From NCBI GenBank assembly GCA_000708835.1, contig DF237097.1, positions 1 through 64,000 on the forward strand: a stretch of 64,000 bases of DNA, read 5' to 3'. The notes under the pieces are model-generated. The model was not told the origin of the DNA. It did not search any database and was given only the letters and a program-made list of their open reading frames with translations. The position numbers and the translations under genes are program-made. Below, one piece after another: positions 11,811-25,700 of the stretch; the stretch's first letter is position 1; the number at the start of each line of letters is the position of its first letter. The stretch comes from Klebsormidium nitens. Its lineage: Eukaryota; Plantae; Klebsormidiophyceae.

Positions 11811-14800
11811 TCACCTAGTATCGTTTTTCTGACCGAACAGATTCGCGAACATCTTCTCTGCCATCGGGGGCATCGTCATCGGCTCGGGAGCCATGAAGTT
11901 GAGGAGCGGCTGCTGCACCGTGTACCTGAACGGAACGAGCGGAATGAGCGGAACGAAATGGCGTCAGGGTCGGAGAAAGAGTGGTCAGCTTAGTTCGGCC
12001 TAAGGGAAGCATGCCTGGAGACCTGGGAAACGGGTCAGGGTTAGCTGGCGGGTTAGGGAGCCGAGAGTTTGAATAGTTAAGTGGCCGACAGTACTCTATC
12101 TGCCCGCGTTCTCGATGTAGTAGAAGTAGGGCACTGGAACGTGACCCTATTCGAGACGCCCATAACGCACACGAACACAAGCAGCCGCAGCAAGCTTTAC
12201 CGATGCTTAGAGCAATCCTGCTTACGAAGACTCCGTTCGAGGGTCCCACAGTCGATTCAAACACTTACGTGGAAAGGTTGGAAATTTAGGGCAAGACGAA
12301 TGACCAAGAGATAAGAAGCACTCATCGCCGACTCAGTCGGCAATAAGCAGCAGTCAACAGCGGAGGCTTCGGCAATTCGGTCCTGCTAAAAAAAGGAAAG
12401 GAACCGACTCTCCTGGGCAGATTGCAAAGGATGGTATCTGGTGCTTTTGACGGTACAGAGACCGGGAGCCGATTGTTTGAACCGACTCTCTACAAACGGG
12501 AGCCGGTTGAGCAGACCGGAGTGCCGGAAGCGGGTTCAGCAGACCGGCTTGCGGAGAAGAGGAACCGGAATGATGAATCCGGGTTACAAAATGGGAACGG
12601 TTCGTAGATTCTGAAGCGAGAGCGCCTCGTCAGCTAAGCCCGATGACGGTCCAAAGAACGGAAACGAAGGCACGTGAGAATCGCACCTGATTTTGCGGCC
12701 CTTTGAGGCTCGTCGGTCCACCACCTTCTTCTTGTTGTTGCGCAGCTTCTGCATCGCGTATAGGCTCATGCCGCCTGCGGCAAACAGAGGCCACCCTTCA
12801 GCAACGCAAAAAGTGGGCGCGTTTAAGCGGGTCTCCCGAACTCAAAGTAGAGATTGCCTCCTCGTAGGTTAGTGACGGGGTTTGCTTCACTGATAAAGGG
12901 CGTGGACAAAATCTGACGGTTGCACCCATGTTCACCCACTTATGGCCGCTCTGTCTAGCAAGGCGAGAGAATTGAAAGGTTAAGTGACCGCGAATCAGGT
13001 CGGTGTAAAGCGGCTGGGCTCTGGCTTGCAGTCAAATGCGAATCCAAACCCCAGCCATCTTGGCACAAACGGCATCAGGAAACGTCTCGTTCACATTGAA
13101 AGCGAACCAGCGCCTTAGCCTCTAGGTGGTGAGCCTCTAGATGGTGACTACGCGAACAATTGGAAACAGAAATACGTGACTCAAGAAGGTCTGCAAAGAA
13201 TTCAGCAACTCTTCGTTGACAGAGGCCCAGTGTTCAACAAAGTGTTCACATTCACCTCAACACATGTTCTACGGGCCCGCCGGAAGCGGAAGGGAATGAG
13301 GAAAGTATCATTTGGCTGTCGCATATAAACATCTTCGGGATGCACGATCCCTCAGATATCCAATTTTCGTCCCTCAGCGACCGAAAACCGGTAATTTTAT
13401 CGCCAAAATTTTCAACTCAACATCTCGGGGGACAGTACGCCCCTCAGGGACGCCGGTGACAATAGTAAGCGATGGTTGGCGGTCATTACTCGGACAGTCT
13501 GGCTTTCCGTAAGATCCGAGAAGCTTCAGCTTTTCGCGCGATGGGTCCCTCAGGAAAATATGACCAAAGCAGATCGTGTGGGAGCATGCGCTCCCTTGTG
13601 AAACACTCGCTACTTCTGTGAGAGCTCATCTATGACCGCCCTATCACTAAAGCTTGCGACAAACCACATCAGCGGAATAGTGCAAGGACGGAATCCCGTG
13701 GCGGAGTTGAGCGGGACTCTCCAAAGCCCCCAAGGCGTTGAGACAAGTCCCCGGGCAGCAACCGGTACCACTAATATTGGACTCACATACGCGATCCGCA
13801 TAAAATAGCACTCGCATAAGCGGACCGGGATGCGAGCGGAACGAGCGGAACCTTACTCGAAGTCCCTGAGGAGTCGAGGAACTCCTTGAGCAGCTGTTGA
13901 TAGAAGTCGGTGTCGTCGAACGTCTCCGAGTCGACCTCCTCTTCCGCTGCCACGTGGCTCGCTGTGATTGGCTCGTCGGCGTCCGGACCGTCCGCATCGG
14001 CCGCGGCCGCAGCTTCTCCGGACGTCTGAGAAGCGGACGGGAAGGCTCGCTGTGCCGGAAAGAGCGAGCGTGAGGGCTGCGTTTTCTCGAGGCGTAGATT
14101 GTTTTTAAGCAGCTTCACGTGTGGAGTGAGGCGTAGAACAAAATTTGCTTGCCGGTCGGAAGCGTGACTAATAAACTGCAAGAGAATGTTTCTGATGGCT
14201 GCTGTAAACATAAACGCATCGTTGGAGCCACCTTTTTGACCCAAATATCACGAATTTGAGACACAGCGGACACCTTTGGGCAAGCGCACCAAACCCGCGG
14301 AATCAGATTGAACCCAGCAAGCTCAACGAACCGATCTCAAACCGAAAGCGGAATCTCGATAAACTGAACTCCAAACGGGTCCTCGGTTTACTGATTTAGC
14401 CCCCGGAAAATGACAGGGAAAGGGCCACGCACGAGAATACTCAATGAACTGCACAGCCAGTTGCCAAAAGGTTTTCATTTGGTGACTCGAACTGACTCAC
14501 AGCAAGTCTCGAATCAACTGGCACGTCTTGCTCCCCAAACCTCGTTGAAAAGCCTCTAAACCAACGTATTGTTGGTTTTCAAGACCAATTCGCAAACCGC
14601 AATCTTAACCCACCTGTCCGAAAGCATGCACGGCGTCCGCCTTTATGCGCGTCCGTCCGAGCAACCGCGCCGGGTCCCGCAGCGCGCTCGCGATCTGTGA
14701 CGTCACGCTCTGGTTGATCGCCCGCAGCTTGCCCCGCCCCGCGGCCGCCCCTGTCGCCAGGAGCGTCTTGCGCTGCCACCTGTCCACGGAGGCGTTGCGG

Positions 14801-17800
14801 TACGGGAGCCAGCTGCAAAACAGGCAGCGGATTGATCACGTCAGCATACTTTCAAAGAATCTCAGAGGGGCTGAGAATGTCGTCACTTTGCGGCAGGCAC
14901 GCTCTGGTGCTGCCACCTGTACACTGAGGCGTTGCGGTACGAAAGCGAGCTGCATGAGAGAAAGCGGATCGCTGTTGCTGACGTTAGCAGAGATGCGAAG
15001 AACCTCGGATGCAAAGCCAGCTGTCCACAGCGCGTCGCGCCAAAATCAAGCTGTGCACAGAAATTATTAGATTGCCCGGGTGAGAAAACAAAGATCGCTG
15101 ACGCAAAGTCCCTCTCTCATCTTTCAAACTGACGCCGGGAACAAATCAGAAAATAAGACCTAGGGCATGGAGGCCCATTCTAGACACCCTGCCATCTGCT
15201 GTGGCAAGAGCGAACCGTTCACGTTGGATGAGGGCCAGGCAGCCACTCCTTTGCCTATCGATGTAGGAGGAAACCGTGCTAAAGTAGGATAAAAGGACTA
15301 CTCAGACGGTCGAACGAAAATCCGCCGCTCCAATTGCAGAAGCATTATACTTTCCTTCCAACAGCCGGTTCCAACAGAGACAATCGGGCACTGATTCAAG
15401 CAACGAAGCTCTGAACATGGAGGATTCAAAGGCGCCCCGCCGGTACCCTGGAGTCAAGAAATCTTACAACTGTCTTGCTATGATACGACGGGACAGTGGA
15501 CAAAAGACGGCAATCGCACAGCAGCACCAAACCGTTGGTGAATCAAGCAAAGATCGTGAGCTACAAAAATATCACCTGTTGTATTGCTCGTCCATTTGCT
15601 CCCAAAGCCGGTCCACCGTGCTAGCTCCGTCGTCCTGCGTTCGCTCCCGCTTTCCGTTCTCTGCAACATAGGAGCGGAAAGAAAATCACAAAATGCGGAG
15701 AATCTCCATCTTTTTGCGGCGGCTCGCATAACAACGAACCTACTCGAAGGCCCGAAGAGGGAGACTTTAATATGCTATTAGGCAAAGGTTTTCGATATAG
15801 GCACGTAGGATGCAAGGGCTGCATGATCACCGGACAACGACTCCTCGGACGTTCGAGGCTGCAAAAAAGCTCAAAACCCAACTGTGTCGTCAAAGCAGGC
15901 GTTCAAGCAGATCCCTGTGAAGTCGCTCTTACGTAAAGCCTTTGATGATACCGCCGAACATCCGTTGTATTAGCAGGCAACCTTCCAAACACGGTGGACT
16001 CGTTCATCGAACCCTGAAATTCACTGCCGCTCATGCAAAGCCTCGATGGCACAGCACTTCAGAACAACGAAAGCTCCTCTCATAAGACAGAGACCCTTCA
16101 AAGACCACCATGTCCGACCGAAAGAATGTTATGACGTCTCGACGGAAAAACGGACCCTTGGAAGAACGATTCTTGACCGGAATGCATATGGCCGTGAGGC
16201 CCATCAAATAAATAAAACGTTAAAGCCGAACAAAGTGAGAGTTGATTTCAGGTTTGCCGAACGTGACCTGAAGAAACCTCGCCGGACACGAAGTAAACCT
16301 CTCGACGCTTCCCACGTCGAAGATTGATTTCTCGTCTTTCCTCGTCAGGCTTTCATACCATAACGGAAGACAACACCGCATGCAGCAAACAAAAAGGGAG
16401 TATACACGGTGATCCGAAGAATGATCATTGAGCCAGCATCGATCCCCACAGCTCAAAAAGCAATCCTCCAACCTTTACAAGAGAGGCTCGTTCCACTAGG
16501 CACTCCAGCTGTGCCTGACGGTCATCTTTAAGCCTTTGTTTTCAAACTAGATCACCGTTCCGCGCAACCCACCGTTCATCGCTTGGTCCCTCGCGGCCGC
16601 GATTGAGTCGTTCTGCTCCAACAGCCCCTGTTGCGCAGCCAATAGCTTCTCCAACAAACCGCCCGCCGCCTCGCTCAGCTTTTCCAGACCCGCCCGCACG
16701 TCCGGCGCCGCTTCGACGAACGAGGCTCGCGCCTCGGGCCGCGGGAGGCGGTTTCCGGACTGGAGCAGCTTGTGCAACGAGATGCGAAGTTCGAGCCACT
16801 TGTTCCACAGCGCGCGCTGGTTGGCGACGGCCGCGCCCTTGCTGCGGTCGACGGACGACTGCTTGCGGACGCTTGCGAGCATGGCCCTGCGGATGTCCGA
16901 AACGGTGGGCATTGAAAAGGCGTGGTCCAATTACCTCTGATCGCGAATTAGTGGCTTGGCTTAAGGTGGTTTGGTACGTTGCACTTGAGCTCGGACCTAA
17001 GATACGGAAGGTTCACTAGCGGAACGGACGCTCAAAAAGTTGTCTTGCAGTTCTCCACTATGCAGATTTTGAGAGACCACAATTTTTTCTGAAACAATTC
17101 ACATGGGTGAGCGACTGGACTCCAACCAACCCTGCCCGCCAAGAATGGCACTCGCCCTTGAACAAGACAAAAAACCCGACTGGAATTTGTCCCCACCATA
17201 AGCGTACTGCGTGAATACAGACGTGCCTAACGAGTCACGGAACTTTGCTCTCCTTTACTGCATGATTCGTCCACAAGGTGACTCAACGTGGCCACACTTT
17301 CTTCTGTTCCAATATTTGGCCGCGTCTACGCAGTTTCTGTCGGTCAATTTCACCCATTCTCGCTTTTTGCTTTGCTAACTTTGACTGCCTTTACAGAAGT
17401 GAATCAAGGTCAATCCGTAAATTTTACCATTCACCCTCGAATATTCGATCCAACAGGCAAAAAAGTAAAAGCAGCTGCCGCGCTCACTCTTCCTGCTCTC
17501 TGAGCTCCCGGTACTCCCTCTCCAAATCGTCCTCATCCCCCCCCTCTTTTCCCTGCCGTCCGGACCCCCCCGCCAGCTCGTTCTGCATCCGACCCACTAG
17601 CTCATCCTCGCTTCCCTCGCTTTCTGCCCCCTCCAATGGCCCCCCGTTCTCTAACCCTTCCTCACGACCGCTTTTCGTCGGCTCAGTCTCTTTGTGGACG
17701 TCGGCAGCTTCTCCAATGATGTCATCGTCCGAATGCTCGAAGACATCCCCCTCGTCGTCGCTCCTGTCGAGCGCCTGCCCGCGGCTGGTTCTCCGGCCAG

Positions 17801-19112
17801 CATATGCCCCGTCCTCAATTGCAATGGACGCCCGGAGTGGCAGGTTTCCCGCCCGCCTGCCAGATAATCGGAGCAACGGTTGTCAGGTTCTTAGGTCTTT
17901 TGCCTTCTTTTGGCCTCAATTACGAAACGTCAACTGTTGAGTGGTTCTCTGACTTTGCTGATTCATTTCACACAATCGTCTCAGTCTTAAACCTCTGACG
18001 AAGAAACTTGGTTTCTGAAACATCTCTTCCTTATATTTCTTGCAACAACGCAAAAAGCGGAGTCAATCTCGGCCGGGTGCAGGCAATACCGGTCGTGATT
18101 GACAAGAGTTCGGCAGAACTTCGATTTTCAATGTTGGGCACTCTCAGATCTTGCAAAATTGCCGCTTCGCAGTAGGCCGCCTAGAGAACCATCCTCTTAA
18201 GCGGATCAATCCAGCTCAGCACAAAAGGGAGCACGGAGTGATTGACTTACTTTTAAAGTGTCTTCTAAGCCTACTAACCTGACTAGAAGTAATGTTCAAT
18301 CGGTGATCCTTTCACTCACCCCTTGTCAGGCCCCCGCAAGTAGTCATCATCTTCGCTCCCTTCTGATTCATCTCCTGTTCCAAATGCTTCCGCGCCAAAG
18401 TCCTTGAGTTCAGGGTCTTCGTCTGTAAGAAACACAATGTGGTCATTCCTACAAGCAATAATTCATGGTCTTCCGGCAGGAAAGTCACTACAGTGCTGAG
18501 GCTCATGTCCGATATTGATGTCAAAGCGCTATTTCCTGATCTGTTTCTACAAAGTTCTCTTTGTCTTAATCTGTTTGTCTGAAAAGACATCAGAATCAGA
18601 CAGCAATGCTGATGAAAAGGTGGTAAGGTCGCCGACAAACTGCCCTGTCCACAATTGTGCAGAAAGGCCGCTTGCATTTTTGACTGATGGTGCGCACCCT
18701 ATCTGTACCAAGTGCGCTTCAGCTGAGCTTCTACTGTAAAACCAAACATGGGAAAGTGCAGAGTTGCTTATGGTGCCATGAAATGAACCTTAGTAAGACC
18801 TTTGTGGTGAGTGCAAAAACACCAAGCCTGGTCCCTCAGCTGCTTCCAAAAAGAACCATGAACGGACAGCATTGGCCAACGGACACGCAAATCCATCTGC
18901 CACATCACCAAACCATTATCGTGGCACAATGATGTGAGATACGCACACAGAACAACCTGATAGAGGGTGGTGCGATTGGAAAATGTTGGTGTTCGATCAA
19001 GCGCCTCACCTCGATAAGCGGGGAGGGGATTTGTAAACTCAGCAACCTCCTCCGCCAGCGTGCGGGCGCCCTTCCTCCGTTTCGCCCCGGGGAGGACGCT
19101 TCTTTTTTCCAT
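11811..19112 (-). CDS. AATF: AATF/BFR2 (SSU processome factor), 514 aa; exons 19112-19010, 18422-18320, 17856-17488, 16886-16573, 15660-15576, 14812-14614, 14025-13857, 12774-12687, 11925-11811
   Basis: Nine exons in consistent phase (1545 nt). Motifs: KGAAVANQRALWNKWLELRISL, YRNASVDRWQRKT, FDDTDFYQQLLKEFL, KKVVDRRASKGRKIRYTV..LLNFMAP (TRAUB C-terminal domain). Confidence 0.92.
13311..13643 (-). mobile_element. MITE family A copy 2 (inverted), in AATF intron 7
   Basis: Its reverse complement aligns end to end with 8424-8752 (roughly 70% identity by eye). One TIR is degenerate. Flanked by TCA at 13308-13310 and 13644-13646. Confidence 0.75.
14907..14954 (-). repeat. Intronic decayed copy of the AATF exon-6 acceptor and exon start
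   Basis: 42/48 identical to 14770-14817; offset 137 bp. Confidence 0.85.
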
Positions 19113-19758
19113 CTTTTACTGGCAGGCGCTTTGACGATCTGGCAAGCTAGTCTGCCTCAAACCTTGAAGAAGCGCCCCAATGATGGGCGCAAACACGGTT
19201 CAAAGCTCACTACTTGAAGGTTTGGCAACAGCGCTCGGAGTCAAGGCACAAGCTATAATAGTACATGAGCGCGCCTGTGCTGCATCATCCGCTCGAGTCT
19301 CGCGCCTGTGGCCGCGCACGAGGAACCGGCGGCAGGCGCACGTCGCTGGTAATGGCAGAATTACCGGTTTTGGATACCAGAAAGGGTATAGTTGCCATTA
19401 CCGCTTGCTAAGTTGAAGCCTGGGCCGCCGGATGGCACGACAGTTTTATTCCGCCCTTTTCGCCCCAATGATTCGTCTGACGACTCTGAAATCAGCTTGG
19501 CAGTGTTGGTCGGAGTCGTGTGCAGCTGGATTCTAGAATTCGAATTGGGCTAGGATGGTGCCTCCTTCCACGCCCTCGAACTGACCAGTCACATTGCCAT
19601 CGCCAGATAGGCCTGGAAGGGAACATATGCGTTCGACCAAAGGATTGGGTGCAGTGATGCCAATTCATTTCAAAGCGTTCCAACAATGAGCTGCCCTTGT
19701 TGATGGTGGGGTCTGCCGCTGCTGCCACCTGGTTGGATAGGGGCGGCGATGTGACGCA
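19113..19758. promoter_or_regulatory. Divergent spacer AATF / PTST2-like
   Basis: Head-to-head start codons about 650 bp apart; geometry only. Confidence 0.4.
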
Positions 19759-22700
19759 ATGGGCATGGAGGCGATAGCAAGCCGCCTGCCGGCACTTCCT
19801 ATCCCAAACGCTGGCTTTGGCAGATCATGGTTGGAGTCGGATCCTCGCCGAAGGCCTGGGAACATAAGCAGCTTGACATCCGGTTCCAAAAGATTGTCGG
19901 GCAGTCAGCTTCCTTGCCACCTCTTCATCGCACCCCCCTCTTGCGCGTTCTCTTTGATACGTTCATTGAGACGAGGCCCGCGGTGCATGCTTCTGTCGCC
20001 GCCGGTGTCATTGCTGCCGGGCACTTCACGAGTGCCGAGCAGGAAACACTTTCGCTCAAGCCGGCGGCGGCGCAAATGGGACGGCAGGATTTCTGCTCAG
20101 AAGAACGACGATGTCGCGTCAGAGTATCTGGAGTTGGAGATGGAGATTTTCCAGTTTATGGAGACCTCCGGGCGGCCCGATGTGTTTCCTTCGAAGCAAG
20201 ATTTGATCGATGCGGGGCGATTAGACTTGGCTGACTTGGTGCAGAAACGGGGGGGGTGGCTGGCAGTCGGATGGGAAGATGAAAATGAGGGCGACTTTTT
20301 TGATACGTCGCAGTATTCGGATCCCTGGGAGGTTGGGCCGTCGTCGGACCCTTTTCAATCAAAAGGGACTCAATTCCTGGACCAGTTTGAAGGAAGCGGG
20401 TCGAGTCAAGTTTATGCATCAGCCCCGTCAATCGGGGCGCGCGTCGGAGCCTATGTAGGGCGGAATCTAGGCAGTCAGGAACCTGAGGTTAGGGACTTAA
20501 CCGGGGTTCAAACTTCAGGTTTAGGAAATGCGGATTCCGGTATTGAGGCGTCACCTGATGAGGTCAGTAGCGCTGACTTCAGCGGGGAGGCGCAGGGATT
20601 GCCCGCAGTAGAAAGCTCCCCAAAAATCCCATCAGAACGCTTCTTCATTCAACAACTAGACGCGATCAGGGACAAGCTGTTAGCAAGTCTAGGGCTTGAC
20701 TTTCCCCCTATCGTGATCCCAAAGTATGGAAACCTCAACTCCAGTGCTAAGAGCCTAGAACTAGAACGGGAAAAGCCACCGAACGGCCCTCCAGAGATTC
20801 TTGAAGCCCAGGAATTAACAGCGGAAATTAGTGGCACCCCAACAAAGATAAATCGATATGGACAAAGTGACTTCTTAAAGGAGTGGGCGGACATCATTGG
20901 CGAAAATGGGCAGTCGTCAGAAGGTGGTCAAGGAACGGAGGGGCAGAGCGGCGAAGACTTGGAAGCATCGGCTCACGATACGGTGCCAGGTGGCGCTCAG
21001 GAAATGGCGCCAGGCGTCGCGGTTACGGATGGGCCCAGCGAATTGCTAGCAGAAACGGAAAACGCAGCGGCTGCCAGGCTCGAAGCGCTTCTGGGGGGCG
21101 CAAGCGGATTGGAGAGCGCAGGGGAAGGTGTCCGATTGGAGGACCCAGCGACGGAAGACGCTCTTGACACTGAAACTACATCGGAGGCTGGCGCGCTGAG
21201 TGGTCCTTCGGGGTTGTGGCAAGAAAACAGGGCGGCTGCCCTTGACTTGGACAGCAGTGCGAGCACGTCCGATTTGTCGGGGGTCGACTTGCTGGACGGA
21301 CAAGACGGAGGGGGGCGAGTGATTGCAGATAAAGAGGGGGAGGAAACAAATGAAGAGGAGGGGGGGGGAAAAGATGAAGCAGAGGGGCAAGAAAGAGCGA
21401 ATTTGAGTGAGGAAGAGGCGGGCGCGCCGGCTTCCCAGGAGGGCAGCAGATTCGGAACGGGGGAGGCGAACTTGAGTCTAGAGGGAGAGGGAAGGGGTGA
21501 CGAAAGTTCTGAAGCTGCAGAGAGCGAAGGGGACCCGGCCAGGAAAGGGTGAGCAACGCGTTGATTTTGACGGTCTCTACTGTTGCAAGGAGAGAAGTGG
21601 ACATGAGTGGGGATCCGAGCGCCTGACACCCACAATTACAGCTGTCATGTTCTTGTTTGGACATATTGTTTCCATTGTCTCTCTGGAACGCACCAGCAGA
21701 AGCAATTGAACGGTTGGGCGCTGGATCGCTGGAATCTTTTATTGCTGAGACCTCTTTGCCAGGCCTTCTTTGAAGGCCTAGCACACTCGTTCCTGCATTT
21801 CTTCTGGATTCTCGAGAACCGCGCGATCCGCTCTGCATTCTGCCGAATCCTTGGATCCTTTGGCATGCTAGTCGCAGACAGTTTGAATCGATAATGCTCC
21901 TCAACAGGACCCTGCAGTGAGATTCAACATGAACTTCTTTTCCCTGCCCTAAACAAACTCCTATGGAAACTGCTGAACGCCTCTCTTCTGTTCCCCACTC
22001 GCAGGAAACCCCCCAACTATTGGCAGGACTTGGGCAACCTGCGGCGGGAGCTGCAATCGGCGCAAGCGGCGCTCGGGTTGCCGGATGACGTCATCCCGTC
22101 GCGACGCCAGCTCATCGCCATCCGGCGCTGGGACATCATGCGCGCGGTGCGGAGGCAGGGGGGTTTCCAACAGGTGGCAGAGCGGTTAGGCGTGGGGGAG
22201 GAAAAGGTGAAAGAGGCAGGGGTAGACTCGCCAGGGGAGAAAGTGAAAGAGGTGAGCGCTGAGGCTTGGTTACTTGTGTCGAAGCGGCATTTAAGCTCAT
22301 ACCGAGATGCACGTCCTATGGCGCTTACAAATTGTTCGGACAGATATCAAGGCGGAGCAAGAGTCGGGTTGTTGTGATCTAAGCTCATTTAGCAGTCCCC
22401 AGCTCGGATTGGTGCTGAGTGCGAAGAGCGACTTCTTTCGCCATCACGAATCACGCAAAAGTTGCCAAGGCAAGATGCGCTTTGTATCTTCCGAATACAG
22501 AAAAGCACGAGATCTAACCAACGCCTTTATCTTATTTTTATTTTTTATTTCCCCCCCCCTCTTTTTAGGTGCAAAAGGAGGAGCCAGCCCCAGCCCCGCA
22601 ACCGCCTCCACCGGATCTGTCTCCCTTAGGCCGCTTGCTTAACCTTCTTGGTTTAGGCCCAAAACCAGATTCCAAACCGGAACCCGCAACCCCCGTGCGC

Positions 22701-25700
22701 GAACCGGACGCCTCCAGTAGTATCAAAGAACTAGATGCGGAAGAGGATGAGAGGATCGCGCAGGATGAGCAGTCGGTCGCACAGCGCTTGAAAGAGACTG
22801 TGGCGTTGGAGAATTGGGGTTGGAAAAAGGGGCGGAGGAGGGAGGAAAAGGAGGGGCTTCCGGGGGCAGACGAAGCGGACCGGCCGGAAGGTGAGCAGAA
22901 CCGGAACGGGTGGGAGAGGGTCGTGCTTGCGAGCTAACGTTCCTCATTACTTTGCGTGCGTCCGAGTTAGGCTTGCTTGCCTCAGGAAGGTTTGAGGAAA
23001 AGAATTCACGTTTGGATGTGAGGCGTCTCGTGCCTTGCGAACGAACGCGCATTGAGCCCTGTCCTCGCAAAACAATTTCAAACCGTTAGGTGGGAGGTCG
23101 CCACGTGGCATTTCTCTTGAAGCTTCAAGTTTTTCTAAGTAAACTAACAGATTCTGATGGAGTAACTAACTAACTAACAACACGACAAAGGCTCGACTTG
23201 ATGTGCCCTCATCCCGAAACACCAGTCACAGCGACCGCTCATTGTTTGCGTCATACACTGACGAGACGACAACAGGCCTGATTTGCTCATGCTGAAATGG
23301 TCTTACCTTCTTGCAAAGCACTAAAGACATCCAGCCTTTGCAGAAGGCTCTGCTGGAGGCTCCACCTCGAGGGAAGCGGAAACAAAAGGGGAAACGGAAA
23401 CGGAAACGGCAACGGCAACGAAAACGGAGAGAGACACAGGCGGAGCCCTGCTGGGTCGGATCCGCTCGCTCGAGCAGAGCCTCGCCTCGACGAGGGAAGC
23501 GCTGCAGCACGATAGGTGCGTGCGCGTTCCTCTCTTCTCGCTTCCTTGCAAAACGGGGTCTGTTTTCGGTTTCACCACTCGCATTACCGCTAGAAAGCCG
23601 GCCCCCACGCCTGTAAGCGATCCCACGTGATGCACTTCTACTTGAAGGTTTGAATTGCAAAGAGAACCCTCTTCATACAGAAAGTTGCAAGGAACAAGGT
23701 ACCGGGAACAACGACGGGAGAGTTGATTGTTTAAATGAAGACAAGGCGTCGAAAAGCGGGAAAGCCGCTGCAGTCGCCCCGGGTCTTGTATCGTTCAACA
23801 TCGAGGAGCTCGTATCTCGGCTCGGCTAAGGAGTATGGTTTCGAAAGAACGTTCAGTGCTTGCAACTTTCTTGAGCTACCTCCTTTTTTTGTGCTCGACT
23901 GACAAAGAGTTGACCGTGATCATGCTTATTTGTCTGTGCGCGGGGCACGAGCTTTTAGGTCAAAATCCGGCTTCAGGCGTCCTTGGTGGTTGCAAGTTCT
24001 CGGTATCGACCCGCGAAAGGGAAGCCGACGTTATAGCATTTTCAGAGTCGCCTCAGCCAGCTTCAAAGGTAGACGATCACCCATCGACGCCCACTTTGAG
24101 TCCCCCAGGTTGGACCAAGAAACGCGACACAACTTTTGTTTACAGTACCTACAGAACGTCCAGACGCTCCACCAACAGTCTGTGACGTCGTGCGCGTGCA
24201 GGGAGGCTTTGGTCGGAAACCGGGAGTTTCTACGGGAAATGCGCTTGTCGACGTTGGACGAGCTCAGCCAGGTGAGACCACGCGTCCGTAATCGAGGTCG
24301 AATCCCGTCCGCAACCGCCTTTGGGACCCGTCCGTAAGTGAGGTCGGGACCCGTCCGAAGCCGCGCATGCCACCCCGTCAAAAACACCGCAGTACAGAGG
24401 TTCTCCGAACAGGTGTTTTGCCGACTCTAGGTCGATCCCTCCTATTCTTTCATACCGACTCCAGATAGATTCCTCCCTTCGTTTCATATTCAGAATGTAT
24501 GAGCTTCCATTTGGGGGTAGAAATTTGCAATCACCAGATACGTCCAAAGTTTGTCACAAAGTGCGGTCCGTCCAGGATCATTGAGTCTGTCCGGGAAGGT
24601 TGCCCCGGAACGGTTCAAGAAGACGTTCGAAGTCAGCCCCTGAGGTCAAGAGATCCCGTCAAAACGGGTTGCGAACCTGTATCCTTAGTGCTGAGATGCG
24701 TTGGGTTTTGGTGACATGCACTAGTCCACAAACGAGGACTCTGGCAAGAGAAGTAGTTAGGATCAAATAGTCCATACAATGACTAGGAGCGGTTTCGGTT
24801 CGTTGATCAGTCGCATCCTATGCGAAAGTTGAAGAGCCGTCTGCTCGACCAGCACTAGCCTTTGTATTTCAAGATTTTGCTTGACGTAGTTTATTCGTGG
24901 CACATCAAGACTATCATGAATAAACTCTTAAGATCCACCTGAACGACGTTCCTTAGGGTTGAGGTTTTTCGAAAACTAAGAGTATTGAAACGTGTGTCTA
25001 TAAGAATGGGCAAGAATGTTTGAGTAAGTATTGTTGAAAAGTGAGCTAAAAAACGTCGCTCCTGTTGACCGGCTCAGGTGAGCGACTCGCCCAGGTTCTG
25101 CAAAAGATGAGATGGCGCTTTGAAGTCCAAACCTGAGCTGACCTTTCTTTTGAAACGCAAAGAGTATCTAGACAAATCCTCCACGAATTGATCAGTGGAC
25201 TGCCTTGCGCCGACGTTCATGTGAGCGACTCGCTCGAAACTGTTACGAGGATACAAACGACCTTCCCGGTTTTTAGTAGCGAAGTTTCCTGAAGTCATTT
25301 CTCCTTGGGACCAAGAGGATTAGACTTTCTGTCTAGGCTCGTGGATCGCAAACCTTTTTCGCATCTCTTGCGACTCGGTCGAGTCCGTAATGATGCGATG
25401 ACGCTTTGAGGACCAAGCTACCGGGAACCGTGTTCTGAATATCATCTCTCTCTCTTTTTGTTGAACGGAAGAGCAAGAGTGGTTTGCATTCCCTAAAAAG
25501 GGAGCTAAGCGGAGATTCTCATGTGCGCCCTCAGGTGAGCGACTCGCTCGAGTTCCGCGAGGACGAGATGGCCCTTTCAAAGCCAATTTACTTGGAACTC
25601 TGCTCTGATTACCATCTCAAATTTCCCTTCTTGAAGAGTGGTTTGAGCTAAGCAGATTCTTTCGATGTGCGCCCTCAGGTGAGCGACTCGCTCGAGTTCC

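Noticed and set aside
11929-13851. GAGCGGAAC tandem words near two AATF splice sites as a splicing element
   Set aside because: Only two short occurrences, indistinguishable from local micro-duplications.
15130-15300. Possible intronic snoRNA in AATF
   Set aside because: No paired C/D boxes or convincing H/ACA two-hairpin layout on the sense strand.
20997-21904. Long antisense ORFs over PTST2 exon 1 (likewise 17278-17940 and 43124-43522 over AATF and the DSP)
   Set aside because: Shadow frames of GC-rich, low-complexity coding exons, giving Ser/Pro-rich translations with no independent signal.
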